DNA of 64,000 bases, taken from positions 62,001-126,000 of the forward strand of contig JADIIX010000015.1 of NCBI GenBank assembly GCA_027604505.1, in the 5' to 3' direction. Positions 23,802 to 40,870 of this stretch are shown here, one piece after another; position 1 is the first letter of the stretch, and each line of letters begins with the position of its first letter. The stretch comes from Gonapodya sp. JEL0774. Taxonomy: Eukaryota. A program made the translations under genes and the position numbers. The notes beneath the pieces were generated by a model. It was not told the origin of the DNA. It worked only from the letters and a program-made list of their open reading frames with translations, and did no database searches.

Positions 23802-24830
23802 ATGGCTCGCTTCTTTGACCTCTGTACCCTCGCCATACTCTTCTCGGTCGCGTCCATCCTCTCGCTTGGTCTCTCCGTAATCGGCGGCGGCGTAGCGGTG
23901 GTCCCCTTCAAATCCCTCCCTTGGATCCAAGCCCATACATTCACAATGGGAATCTTTGGAGCGTGTCCTTCTCAACCTGGCTTCGCGTCGCTCTGGTCCT
24001 ACAACCCCGACTGGCAAGATGTTCAGGCAAAGTGTGTTTCAATTTTTGACCACGCCGTGCTCAACGTGGACGGCGAAAGCGTCGACAATGGTACGTAATT
24101 CTATTTGATGTTTTTCCTTATATCTCACTCAGGTTTTCCTGACTATCCGTTGTCGCCACGGACTTCATCAAACTTGCGCAAACAATGAAAAATTTACGGT
24201 CCACAACCACCACTCTCACATAGTTCCATTTTCTCTCCGTATCACACTCTTTGGTACCCACTCTCTCGCTCTCCTTCTGTGCCTCGTGTCTGCCGTTCTC
24301 GCATCCGGCAGCAGACCCAGCACAGCCTCGTTGTTCACAACGATTGCATTCCTCAGCAATGCAGTGGGGTTTGCGATTGGAGTTTGGCAGGTGGGAAATT
24401 TAAGAGGGTGTCATATTCTTCAACTCATCACTATTCGAGAGTTGATACTAAGACTGACCTCCACCCCCAACACACATAATAATCAATCACACCTCTCAGT
24501 TCCAATCCACCATTGTCTCCTACAACTCTGACGGTCGCAATCTCACCGCTAACTTTGGGGCCGGCATGTACCTCTCAGCCGCGTCCGTTGTTCTCGAGTT
24601 ATTCGCATCGTATTTCCATTCGGTCCACGCGAGGAGGGTCCGAGCAAAGAGTCCGAGCGAGGAATTCCTACTGCCGAGGGGTGGAGTCGAGTACGGATTC
24701 GCTTAGGACGGCTGGAAACAGATGGGGATTGTACTTGAAGCCAAGTACAGGATTGGTTCATATGGAGAGGACCACACCGGCATACAATTCGGCGTTCAGA
24801 TTCAGACGATATTCGGCGCTTAGACCCTAA
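23802..24830 (+). CDS. Four-TM membrane protein of SUR7/PalI/claudin-like topology
   Basis: N-terminal hydrophobic helix, then an extracellular loop with W...GIFGAC...C, then further hydrophobic exons at ~24224-24390 and ~24500-24620. Confidence 0.55.
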
Positions 24831-24922
24831 ACTTCGTTATTATACTCCCACAATTTGCAACATTCATTTTATAAAATTGTTTCGCACCCAAATTGAGCAG
24901 GGAGTTCCGGACTGTTGTTCAA

Positions 24923-27640
24923 TCATTCTTTGAGATTCTTAACAAGCCTGACCCTCCCTCGGGCACTGGCCTCTAGCACTCCATCCATCAACTCGTTCAC
25001 CATGTTATCTTTACCAGATGATCCAGAACCTCCCCCTACGCGTCCCGAACTTCCGCTCACATCCCAGCCACCTTCAGACAGGCCGGTGCTTGAAATCACC
25101 TGCGTTCCCTGTTTCAAAAACACCAGTTCCCTCGCCCACCCGCACATGTACCCGAGTTGCAACTTTCCCTCAGCCTCAGACCTCACAACTTGCTCAGTCA
25201 CTTGTATCAGCCGGATGACTGCTTCACATAAAAGAACGCTGTGAATCAGAAGATGGTGGTCATAGTTACTGATCCAGGCTAAATCATGGGCGTGGGGAGA
25301 AGGGCGTGTGGACCAGGTTCGAAGCATGTCCGAGAGAAGGCTGCTGACAACATGGATTTGTCGGCTGTCAAGTGGGCCAGTTCCGTAGATCTGCAAGGTC
25401 CATATTTGAGGAGCGACAGAAACAGGTGTTATGTCGACTGACCCAACGAACACATCTGAGCTGGTAAAGCATCCTTTCGCAGACTCACCCAAGTCAGCCT
25501 GCTATTCTTCCTGGCCCGGAACAACTCCATCCGTCTGCTCTGTACCTTGCCCAATAACACGTCTAGAAGTTCGTTATCAAACGACTGTATCATCTTCGAG
25601 AGTCCCGGGTCTTGAAAGCTTTCGTCTACAAAATCTGGGTCGGTGAGGTCGACTGGAAGGTCTGTTGTGAGCTGGAAATCGACAGAATAGATGTCGCGCG
25701 GCACTTATTGCTCTGAACAGAACAGAACATTCCGTTGGAACACTCACTTTGCAATCTTTAAAACCCGGCTCCCACTTGCAAAAGAACTTTTTCCTATCCA
25801 ACCTCCGCTGCGATCCGTTCCAGTACACAACGTTGTAATTCCTCCGCTTGGCGTGATACTCTGTGACCCTCGCAGGGTGGTACGCGTGATCCTCGCTGGC
25901 GTAGGCCAGGACTGCTTGGGTGGGGAGACGGAGCCTGCATCAAATAAGTTTTCAGAGATGGAGCAGTTATCGATCGCTGCCTTAGCGGTTAGACGACATA
26001 GCACTGACTTACGTTGCGTCTCCCTCGTCTGAGTCGTCGTCGTCGTCATCGACTTCGTCTGTTACAGAGCTCCGATCATGCTTCTTTGAAGGTACGGTTT
26101 TCGTCTTCTTTTTGAGTAACTTATCCCTTGGTTCTAAAACGAATGATGAGCAAAATTTGCCTACCGTATTCCAAATGATCATCAACCCACTGGGGATCTC
26201 AGTAAATTTGGACGGCGATTTGAGCATGTCCTCGGGTGAAGGAAAGAGGTCCTCGTCGTCCGTTTCCCCATCCCCATCCGGCGTGGGTAAGGGGGAGTTA
26301 TAGCGCGAACCCTGCACCTCCGCGATTGCCTGGCGCTCTGAAACATAAATTGGCCGTGTCTCCGTGACATATGATTTCCCACTTTCCTCAATTCCCAATT
26401 CGAGTCCCGACTTTGCCATTTCACTAACTCCGCATTCGCATGAGCTCGAATCGTGCTGGGCTTCCACCGGTGCATTCCCCGACACAGGGCGGGAGTGGAC
26501 ACTCAAATACTGCACCTGTCCGTCCAGTGTGTGCTCATTTGCTTTCGCTTCCCCCTTGATGACCAGACGTTGGGTCAAAGAGGTCGTGCCATTCTCTCTC
26601 TGGATTGTTCGCTCGTTAGTAACAATCTCGCCTTGGTGCTCCACAGTCAATATGAATTTTGAGACGTGGGGCCCAGAAGGCTTGGTCGGTAACAAAGATG
26701 TCGAGCATTGGAGAGAACTGACAGGTTTTCTTGTGCTTGATTCGGGAGTGTTCTCTGGCGAAGCAGATGGGGCTTTGGACGAGCGAGCATCAAAACTTGG
26801 CGATGCGTCCTTCTCCTTCGCCTTGGTTCGCCGAGGAGCTTGTGTAACTTTGTCGGGGCGCTTGGTGGTGGATAAAGATAGTTTGTCCATCTGGTAGTCC
26901 GACTTGCCAGATTTCACACCAAGTTGAGGGCGAGTCATTTTCTTGGGGGCAATCCTCTGATCGACATCATCCAAGTGGTTCTCGTCATCGCCACCGGTGA
27001 GTTCCGCCAATTTTGTTCGTGCAAGAATGGCAAGATCCAGCGCTCGGGTGAAGCTATTACTGACCCCCGAATGGATTCCTCCGTCCAGCATTCCATCATA
27101 GTCATAATCAAAATTGACCAGACCATGTCTGAAGCCAAAGTTCTGCACACGAACGGTGCTATCAAAAGTCGCGGACTGAGGTAACACCGTATGGAGGACA
27201 ACTGCAGATTCAGCTCACGTGGGATCCGTTATCCCGAAGCGCTCCACTGTCCAACCTGATGTATGATCCTCGTGGAGTGTACCTTTCTCGAGAATCACAC
27301 CAGGCCACCATGGGTACTGTTGCGGTTCAACACAAAGTTTCGGGGTGGGACATACTCAGCGTCCATGCAACTGGGGGCATGAAGGAACAATCTGCCCAGA
27401 ACAATAACCCACCGGGGCCACTTTGACCCATACTATGGATCCTTTGTTGGGTTTGGTGTCTTTCCTTCCGAAGTGTGATCGTGATGGACCACCAGAACTT
27501 CCCGAACCCGACTCCGTGTTGGCACCTTCAAAGAACTTCCGTTTCTTGTTATCTAAAAGTGATTGAGGCTCAGACCTAGATAAATCGACTCTGTCTGCAT
27601 CCTCCCCGTCACTGTCTGCCTGTCTCTTCTTCGATGGCAT
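24923..27640 (-). CDS. PWWP-domain chromatin protein, multi-exon
   Basis: GSIVWVKV...|YPWWPGVILEK near 27290-27445, an N-terminal basic NLS-like MPSKKRQ, and long disordered and acidic linkers. Confidence 0.75.
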
Positions 27641-27845
27641 AGTGACCAAATCTGTGGAGTTTCGGGTGTCGATGTCGAATCAAGGTAAGTCTTCTGGATG
27701 AGAATCACTCAAAATGAAGTTCTGGGGAGAATCGTGCCGAATGATCCTCGAATCAGTGGAACAGGGGAAAGTCTTCGCAAATTAGTGTAGATTCGTGCAA
27801 CGACCTTCACAACCTCTTCACAAATTATTATCTGCATCATTACAG

Positions 27846-30108
27846 TCAATCAAAAAAATTCCACGCCTTTATCGCTCCGGAAGCAACGGTTGCTCTCCGG
27901 CAAACTCCGAAAATCCTGCCTTCGTCACAGCCTACAGATGTGATTCCTTCTGTCCAACCACTTTTGTCCGTTGCCTCGTCTGTCTGCAAGTCTCTCACTA
28001 CCGACAATTGCTTTCCAACACACGGATCCACGTTTTTGACAGAAAAGCTTTTTTTCTTGCCCTGTCTCCATGGAACTTCAGGCAGAACTCTCACATGGCA
28101 GGTGCCATCAAGGCCCCCAGTCACCAACTTCCGCAAATTGGGGTTGGGGTAGACAGACGCGACTCGCGATGTATGCGAAGGGAATGTGGAGATATGATAT
28201 AGAGACCGAGGGTCCCGCCACTTATCACGTTTGTCCGCGTCGCGAAAAGCATACACCCTCACATTGCCATCCGCGAATCCCGACACAACATAACCCTTGC
28301 GGTAAGCAATCGAACTCATCACTGCACTTCGGCTGGAAGAGCCCAAATCGTCATCCGCAAGCGGATCAGAAACCGGACGGAATGGAAGCTCCGGACATGT
28401 TTCGGTTGTTTCGGTTTTGTCCCCATCCTCGTAATCAGACTCGTCTGAGTCATACCAGTCTGCAACAAGTCCGCTTGACTTCATTTTCCCTCTGGGTATG
28501 GATGTCGGTGTGTAGTAATTAGTTCTGGTGCATTTGCCCCACATGTCAAGTTCAAGTTGTTGCACTCCAGGTTGCCAGCCACCCGCGTGATGTGGGATAG
28601 CGAATGCAATAGTCAATATATATGATCCCTCGTCCAGTTGTAGGTCGGCTTCGAGGGAGACGGTGACTGGTTCCCATGCCACTGCGGACTTGAGCCTTTG
28701 TGCGACTTGCAAAGAAGCTGTTTCCCCGCTTACTTCCCAAATGCGAAAAACTTTCAACGAAAAGTCCTCAGCACACGCAACAACAAGGTGCTCGCACACG
28801 GCAACGGAAACAATAGGCTTGCCACCTTCACTCAAGGTATCCACACTGTAGTGACAATATAATACCCCTTCCGAACCATCGGCGAGGACACGAAAAATGG
28901 CGACTGATCCGTCAGCGTAGCCAACTGCGACATTGATAGGCGCCGAAAGGTCTTGCAAACCATCTCTCAGTGATCGAATCCGAGTCCGATAATTCTCATC
29001 GATGGAGAGCGCTGTTGCTTGTGTCTTTCTATCACCACCAAATGACCCCGCACATTCTCCAGTCCAGCTGTCCCATACCATGATTTTGGAAGGCGGATTA
29101 TACATTGTTGAGGCAGTGAAGAGTAGGTCGGATGTGAACGCTAGGAGCGGGTTGGACGGTTTGTAGAAGAGTGCGACACCGCTTGAGTAATTTGCCGATA
29201 AGGGGGATTTTTGAGAAGGCTCAGACCACCCCGAGCCACTCAAGCCATCAGTGCCGAGGTCTTCGGCAGACTCCGCCACGCTGTCAGAGTAGCCTTCTAA
29301 TCCAGTTTCCTGCATCATTTCCTCCATTGTCGGACCTTGGTGAACCGACGATAAAAGTGCAGGCACTAGCTTTACAACAGTTGCGTTTCCGGTCTCCCAA
29401 TTGTGTTGCCTAAGGGTAATGTGACGTTAGCCAGGTTGACTTGCAAACCGGAACTCCGCAAAACTGGCCTCACAACTCGTAAAGCAACTTCCACTCGACC
29501 CTTCGTCTAACCAATTCAGCAGGCTTCGGACGAACAGCAGCCGTAGAGTTCCCGTTGTTGCCCGTTTGTTGAGGTTTCGGCGTGTGCGCAGCGACATCTG
29601 GCGTGTAAGTTTGCTCGTCTTGCCTCCCAGGGAGAACGAAGCGGGCAAAAAAAAGACGTCTGAAGACGAGATTCGGGATAGGAGAGAGGCACGAGGGTCC
29701 GGAGTGTGAGAGATGCAGGTAGGTACGAGAAGGAATGGGATGTGCGTGGGGACATGGGCGAGATATGGGTGAGAAAACGTACAAATGTGAGCACGTACAG
29801 TACATCTCACCTCCAGAGGAGTCTATCGACGGAGAGGGAATTCCACCGCCGTGAAAGCTTTGAGGCAGTGAGCAGATCCTTGACAGAAAGATAACTAAAG
29901 ATCTGGCGTATCAAATATCATTGCTCGATTGCACAAGAAGTTACCCAGGATAGAGAGGAAGCTGACATGGGCTTACCAAGAGGTTTGTCTCATCACCAAA
30001 TATTCTCGTGAAGTCAGTTGCACTGATGTGTTTGCCCGAGCCACCGCTCTGTCCATTGGGTGAAGTACTTTGCTGGGATGAGAGACGCAATCGTGGTTTC
30101 TTGTTCAT
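27846..30108 (-). CDS. F-box/WD40-repeat protein
   Basis: F-box exon QIFSYLSVKDLLTASKLSRRWNSLSVDRLLW (~29810-29905). WD-like repeats in the large exon (IMVWD, GYADGSVAIF, SGFADGNVRVY, LVTGGLDGTCHV, AIKAWNF). Confidence 0.85.
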
Positions 30109-30533
30109 TCTTCGATCGATCGATTCTTGTTGCGGTGTGAGATTTGCAGGATAGTGCGTCGGCCTGCTACACCTATCACTGCGCCCTATTTTCCTTTACA
30201 CGCTTTCTCAACGACAAATCTGTTAGAGATACACTTGACATTTGCTTAGTTTCAAATTTAGAATAAGTTTCTTCTCCCAAATGCATCTCACGATATGGTT
30301 ACTCGTTCAGACCTTGCTCAAACAGGGTAAAGTATGTACCTGTGAGAAGAGAAATTTCGAGGTGCTCAGTTTACTTCACGATTGTGTGACAGAAAAATTC
30401 GTTAGATGTTGTTCCTGAGCTCCGGTGGTTCCCCGAAAGAGGGAGACATCTTTGATCTTTACAAAACTGGCCAAATCGACGGCGAATTTGGAATCCCCCC
30501 GCTGATTTGCAACAGTGGTCGAAAGAGGCAGGG

Positions 30534-33816
<3,283 letters not shown>

Positions 33817-33914
33817 TTTGTAATACCACTACCATTTTACTCGACTATATAAAGCATCTTGACTGTAGAGTTGGTCTAGACGTAATTTTCTATGTTGTTT
33901 TGACACAGATGTGC

Positions 33915-35399
33915 TTAAAGTGACGATCTCATGCCTCGTCGTTTTTCAATCCAACTGGCCATGTGCGTTGCTACCACATCGGCATGTTGTGGGAAGAGCA
34001 CAAAAGCGTGGGGAAGCGTATGCTCATCGATATGCACTTCAACTTATTTGTGAAGGACAAAAATTGTAGCAAAAAGGTATGGTGAGTGAAGCTCTGACTC
34101 GTAACTGCAACTACTTTCGATTCACCATTGGGCCAGCGATTCCGAAATTGTCGGTGGTGCTCATTTGGTACCCATTGATCAATCGTTCCATAATATGCCA
34201 CTATGCGGTCAGAAAGGAGATCGATCGCGCTTGAATTTATTTCCAGGACTGTCTGCGGTGTTCGAAAAGTGGGAATCTCTTGTTGGAACGACAAACATTA
34301 CGATATAGATCACACCACAGCAAATTGTACCTGCATCTCGTCATCTGACATCAGTAAAGCGGAGTAAACAGAGTGATACGAGATAACTGGGCAAGCGGGT
34401 TGTGTCGCACGGAGATTCATCATTGGTGCTATTTTGCAAACAAAGAAACAATGGCTGACCCACGTTTGTTGGCAGTGACACGCGCTTGAACTTCCGGCTG
34501 GTGGGATAGCTCAGCGACAAGCTCCACGAGGCCACCAGCTCCTTCCATTGGTAGTGCCCACCTTAGAAGGGCAGCGACATTTGCAATTGCTTGCCGGAAA
34601 GGGGTCCTGAAAAACATGCTTTGACGCTGACCGTTTGGAGTCAGCGCAATGTTCTGCAGTGTGGGAAACAGAAGGAAGACTGTCTCACCTTAAAAGGTGA
34701 GTCAGAGATGATTGTTTCGCCAGAAGTTCTTCGACTCACCTCCTTTGACACGTTGGCCTGCATCGAGGTCTCGAGCAACCGTTTCAGCCAGCTCAAGGCA
34801 AATGTAAGCACCAATGGAGTGTCCTGCAAGAAAAATCGGTCCACGGGGAAACCATTGTATGATTTGTCTGTAAAGATTTACTTTGTGATTCACTTGGTCT
34901 TTGACCGTGTGAGCAAACGACGAGGCAGCAGAGGGCGGTGGTGTTGTTGCGCAATGATACAGGTGGCCCACTATGGTGGGGGAGTGAGACGGTTCACAAA
35001 CATGGAGGAAAAAGTAAAGGGTAGAGTTGAACCTGCCACAATGTTCACCCTCTGTTGAAAGTGGTGATACAGCCGGTCCAAGAAGTGTTCGTAATAGTCT
35101 GGGATGCCAGGATTCCCTGCGATGTACACCAAAGTTGTTTCCTCATTCTCCGACAACCGCGTTGTGGGAAATTTCTCGGCAGACAAACTATCCCAGATAA
35201 GAATCTCAGTCGGGTGTTCATCCAAATCTATAACTATATGGCGGGGTAGAGGCGGTTTCGCGGTCTTTCGCTTGAATGGAAAATCCGGATATTCGTAATA
35301 GCTGGACACCGTTGGCACATCATCTTGAGCAGCCATGTCCCCTTCAACCTCCCTAAAAGAAATCAAATCTCTCAAATGTGTAGGGATCACTGTGGACAT
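33915..35399 (-). CDS. Lipid-droplet-associated alpha/beta hydrolase (LDAH-like)
   Basis: YIAGNPGIPDYYEHFL, nucleophile elbow LAGHSIGAYI, YYGTIDQWVP, C-terminal PHAFVL. Confidence 0.85.
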
Positions 35400-35776
35400 G
35401 GACGATGTCCCCGATGAGGATGGTGGAGATGCATTATTCAGAAAAGGCCTCAAAACTGTGATTCAAATCAGCGATGCGTTCGTTTTAGTTGGTTAGATTT
35501 GATCGTAGAATCAGAACTTACGAATGCGAATAGCTGCAGCCACGCTATCTCGAAAAAGACTTGACATGTTCATGTATCTGTTGGGTCGGGGTCCAATGAA
35601 CGATTTTGCTTCCATATCCGGACTGCAGATATGTACTTGCGACTCAACCCTGGGCACACGAATGCCTTCCCCAGTAACCTAAATAGAAATTGTTCGGTGC
35701 AACAGTCTCCATTATTATTAGAGGTGTAACCATATCTTTATATTAGATCACGAGTCACGTCCGTCTTTTAACACTT

Positions 35777-38700
35777 TCATTTACTCTGCAACCTTTCATT
35801 GTATTGTTGCTCTTGAGCCCATTCTTCCAATTTCTTAACTTTCGTGACCAATATCTCCATTTCCTTCTTCAGCTCAACAAGCTTCCCCGAAGGACCCGCT
35901 TCTCGTAAGCGTGCAACGCGTCTTTCAATAGAGGGCCGGCTCTGCATAACAAAAGTTTTTGCCGCCGTTTCCATCCTCGAGATCATATTCTTTGCATCGA
36001 GATCAACGAATGCATCGATGCATGCCATACGCACGCTCTCAGAGTTGTCCAGAACCACGTAATCTGCCAAAAGATCCACTGCATTCTTTCTACGGAGGGG
36101 ATCTTGCCAAAGGGCGCTGCTTGCAATTGAGTTAACTACAACGGGTCTTATTCGCTCGTACTCCAATCCAGGGGTGAGCCTTGTCATCAGGTAATCAAAA
36201 GATTCTGGAGTTCGCAGAAGCGCCAGCGCACGAATTGCACCAGCCCTCGTGTACCCGTGTTGGCCAATATCTGATGTGTCTTGACCGATTTTCATAATGA
36301 CTGATCTCAGAGGTGAGTTGGTGAACCAGGACTGCAGAAAATCACCCCAAGAACCCACGGACTTACAAGAAAAGTCCTCTTGCTCTCTTTGAGAAGCAAG
36401 TGCTTCATATGCGAATCCTTTTGCTCTATAAGTCAAGTCTTCTCTCTTAAAAAATTGGAGGAGCGCTGCTCGGATGGTCTCATGACGGACATTTATGCAG
36501 GAGCGTGCAACTACCCACGTCGCTCGTGGGTCGGTTTCTGCAGTCAGCATTTTAGCAAGTATGGACGCTGCCCACCGAGTCTTTGAGCGTGAGAGCAAGT
36601 CGGCAACTTGAAAGAATCCACGTCAGTTTGAAGATCTAAGCCAACAAACAAAACGCTCAACCACCTTCTCGCCGCAATCCATAGAAAGTCTCAGTCAGTA
36701 TAGCGGTCTCAACTTTTCTGAGTGGCGTTGCTTCGTCAAGACAAAAGTAACAGGTTGCGCGAGGCAAGTAAAGTGGGGTACAAACCTCATCGGAGATACT
36801 CCACCGGCTTTGATTAGCTCAGAATACGCCCAAAGCTTGTTTCTCACATCGATTTCCTTCCCGGACACAGTACCTGCCAAGATGTCTTCTCCTGGGTTCA
36901 TGTCGAGCTCGAACAAAACCTTACACCCCGGATCTACCCGCAGCGCGATCGGTTTCACGTCCTTTCCAATATCAAAATGAACCACCGCACGTGTTTGTCC
37001 GCCTTTCCAGGTGGCAGTTCCGATGCGCAATCCGTCGCTCAGAATTACTTGTATCTCAACTTCGAGATCGAAAATGGTCCATTTGGCAGATCCCTGCGTC
37101 TGCTCTAGAATCAGGGTAGCAACGCCACGCGCTTTGTCGTGCTCCCAAGTCCCCTTCAATTTCGGAAACCCGATACCGGAAGTGATCCACTGATCAAAGA
37201 ACCGGACGAGGTTGAGACCAGAAGTTGCCTCTAGCGCCCGACGAAAACTGTACGCAAGCGTTGAATACAACATAGCATAGATACTGGAACTGTCTTTCAT
37301 GACACTCACTCAACTGTCTCGACTGCTTTTTGCTGGTGGGAGGTGACATAGAGCTTCACACCTTCCCAAAATGCTGCATCTCCCAGGATCGCACGAAGCA
37401 TGTGAATTCGCCACGATCCGCCTGCGCCGTGTTGAGCAAAGTCAGCAAAGATAGACAACAAATTGGACCGTAAATCTCGAGCGTTTATGCAACTTACCTG
37501 GGTATGTGTGTTGGTCAAACATGTTCCACGAGGAGTCGTACCGGCGTTCCACAATTGGCCGACTGTAATATGGAGGCGACATCAATTGATGAGGAGGTTG
37601 CACTGCACTGTACTGGCACTCACACGTATCGCGAACATTCGTCCGCGTACCAAGCCTTTTGCCGCATGAGTATATAGTACCACTCGTCTTTGCCGTTCGG
37701 AGCGTCTTTTAGAGTGTCTTCAATCCAGCAGGCTTCTATGTAGGTTGCCCAGGACTCCTTGAGCCACGCGTGTTCGAAATGGCGGATCACGAGGAGGCTT
37801 CATAGTAGTTCACGTTGATTTCATGAACCCTTGGATCGGAATCGAAACACCAGGAAACCCGAAGACGATTCTCACTCGCCAAAATACGTGTGCGCCATTT
37901 CGTGGATATTGACTCCATCCACGGCCAATTGGTATTCCCGTGCCAAATTCTCGTCCATTATGAAAGTGTCGCCCCACGTCACAATGGAGATGTTCTCCAT
38001 AGCACCCCCCATTAAGGGACTGCAAAGTTGGTAGTACTTGATGGAAACGAGTGCGATAGTTTACATGGAAACAGACTGCACGAAATAGTGGTGAGAGGAG
38101 CGCACCTTGCTCCATGGAAAGTTTACACCAATCTTTTTCTCCAACCACTGTACCATCGGCTTGGTTGCCTGAAACGCCCTAAACACATCTTCCTTTTTCC
38201 AATCTGTAGTTGCATAGTACTTAACGGGCATCTCCCTTCCCCCGTCCACTGCCACCGTCCCATCGTCCACCTCAATGAATTCACCTACAGCAACTGCGAT
38301 CAAATATGAGGGGCAAAGTTGGTCGAGCTGCCAGTGGGTGATAACTGTATTGTCGGAAGAGGTCGTGGAGCGAAGGGGAGTGCCGTTGGTAACTGATGTG
38401 AGGTTGGAATCGTGTTTGAGGTGAATCGAAAGCGTTGTTCGGACTTGCGGGTAGCTGGAGAGACGTCACATTGGAATCAAGAAACATGCTCGATCACAAA
38501 CCATGGGTAGTGAGAGGGGACTCTCACTCGACACATGCTAGCCAGTAGCGCGCCATTTCCGTTTCATGTTGAGTGAAACAGTGCAGAGGACGTGTCGGGT
38601 ACGCTGTGTCCGGTACCCAGCTGCAAAAAGGTCTCATGAGATGGCTACCGAACCACATCCTCAAGATTCAAAAACACTAACAATCGCATTCCGCCGACTG

Positions 38701-39234
38701 AAGGCAAGCAGAGGGTTCAACAAGATAACTTTGATTGGTAACGCTCACTAAGAAACACTCACGCGGCTCTGTTACATCGTATTCCTTAACAACTTTCCGT
38801 GATTCGCCCGGTGCAAATGGTTTTGACCAGAGAATTTCCAACACCTCCCCATTGTAGTACCATTGCCTGATATCGTCACCTGACACGGCAAGATTCTCAA
38901 ACCCCACACCATTAAGTTTGATTGAAGAGAACCGTGGATCTGTCGCCTCCGACGATTCTGAGGGAATCGCATGAGAGCGTGCAAAAGTTGTTGCTATCAC
39001 AGCGTGAGGAGACTTGTTTTTCAATCTGCCCTGACTGAAATCGAGGGAAATATCAATGTGAATTGGAGTCACAACGATGTCGGGAGCATAGCTTGGGATG
39101 GCAGTTTGCAATGCAAAGTCGGCAGATCGGAGCGAGTTTGATGAATTCGATTCTGACTGGAACTCCAGGGAATCGAACTGAGATGTGGACGAAAGGTGGG
39201 CGCAGCCGAGGAAGTCGGAGTCCGAAAAAGGCAT
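35777..39234 (-). CDS. M1-family zinc aminopeptidase with a C-terminal HEAT-like region and coiled coil
   Basis: GGAMENISIVTW, HEMAHTYFG...AWLKESWATY (HEXXH-x18-E), LVRFFDQWI. The C-terminus is helical-repeat-like (RAGAIRALA, VRMACIDAF). Confidence 0.9.
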
Positions 39235-39560
39235 CTTGGCGAATTGATGATAATCGACGAAGGTCTGGTCAGCTGGATGGGGCTCTGGCACTACCCTGGA
39301 AATTGCACCAATCCCGGTCATCTTGATCGGATGCATCCCACGCTAGCGCAATACGAGCGGTCTTATGCCCATCTAGTTGCAATTACACAGTGAGCGACAA
39401 CCCTGGGTAACGTACGCTTAGCACGTGTCGACGCTCCCTACCACCGCCGCAGCAAATCTCAAAATAGAGCTCCATCCGTTTACCTCAACCACGAGGAACT
39501 TTGTCATTTCGATGTATTTACATGGATACGTAATACAAAATTCCGCTTACGTGCAGTAAC

Positions 39561-40388
39561 TCAAATTGTCCCCCACCGCACTTTCCCACGTCCCCGACCA
39601 TCATTCTTGAATTTCTCTTGCTCAGGTGCGAGTTCTGGCATCTTCCCTCCGTGATCCAATAAGAGATTTACAATTTCTCCGTTCATTATCATATCCCGTG
39701 TTACGAATGTATGATGAGGCTCCGGATTACGCAATTTGACCAATCCGCCACGCTGATTCATCCAAAGCTGTCCTTTGCTGGCGAGATATTCAACAGTCGA
39801 TGCGCGGTTCCCATGGCAGTCAATTGCTTTTCCTCTGCAGAGGGCAAAAGCCACCGCGTTGTCGTACATGTATGTAAAGTCCCACACATCTTGACGCAGA
39901 TTCTCCCATTCCTCTGTGATCCAAACGTCATGGCCTCGCGCAACAGTCCATGATATGGAATCGTTGGGGTTGGCACCAGCTTCTAGCAACGCTTGAACGA
40001 TGCGAACAGAGTCGTTGACAATTGCGAGAGCAAGCGCACTCTCACCCTGCGCCTATGTTTTGGGAGGTGAATCCGCGACAGCATATCATTCATTATCCCA
40101 CTGAGGCTTACCCGTTGGTGACCTATCTGGCATTTTCCAGATCCTCTTTCCTTCTCCTCTCTTCCAAAAAGTGACTTGACCATCTTGCTCTCCTCGTAGA
40201 CATCGCTGTGCGAAAACAACACGTCACCATCACTCAAGAGAAGATGATCGTCCACGAACCCACCAGGTGAGGATTACTCTTTTCCGTGCATTCGGATTTG
40301 CCTTTCCACCAAGAGCCTTGATCACACCTTGAAGATCATTTGCCTCCAAGCAGTCAAAAAGTTTGTCATTCGCGAGCGATTCTTCCAT
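39561..40388 (-). CDS. Split-ankyrin-like protein, paralogue 1 (3 exons)
   Basis: ALGGKANPNARKRVILT|CDVY...|AQGESALALAIVNDSVRIVQALLEAGANPNDSISW...AVAFAL...MNQRGGLVKL...EIVNLLLDHGG. Confidence 0.75.
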
Positions 40389-40870
40389 CAGGCGAAGTAA
40401 CACCAGAGTGGATCCCTCTGTAGACGCTTTAGGGAAGATTCGAAGAGAGGAAAACGAAAAGTGAGGGGTGCGGGAGGGCCGGCGGGTCCGTGCGTGATGA
40501 CTCATTTTGCGCAGCGGACCTAACCGGCGTACTGTCAACCAGACAGCAAACCCGTCTCAAAGTTGCTTACAGATTATTAGCGATAGGCCTCACTCTCCTA
40601 GTATATCTGGCTCTAATCATTATTATTGCCACGACTGCATGCCCAATCGAATGCTATATTTGAAAGAAAATATCATCTCATGTTACATTCTATTCATTGA
40701 TTTGCACGATTCGTTTAGGTTGTGCAACTCACGCCAGGCGATGGCGTGCTTTTGTCTCTAAGTGTCACATTTATCACCATGCCGGCTGTTGCTTCCTGTG
40801 GCAGCACCCTGAACACAAGACCTCTTCTTTCGTCCATATCTTTCGCGAAGGCTTCGCCGAAGTCTGCCGG

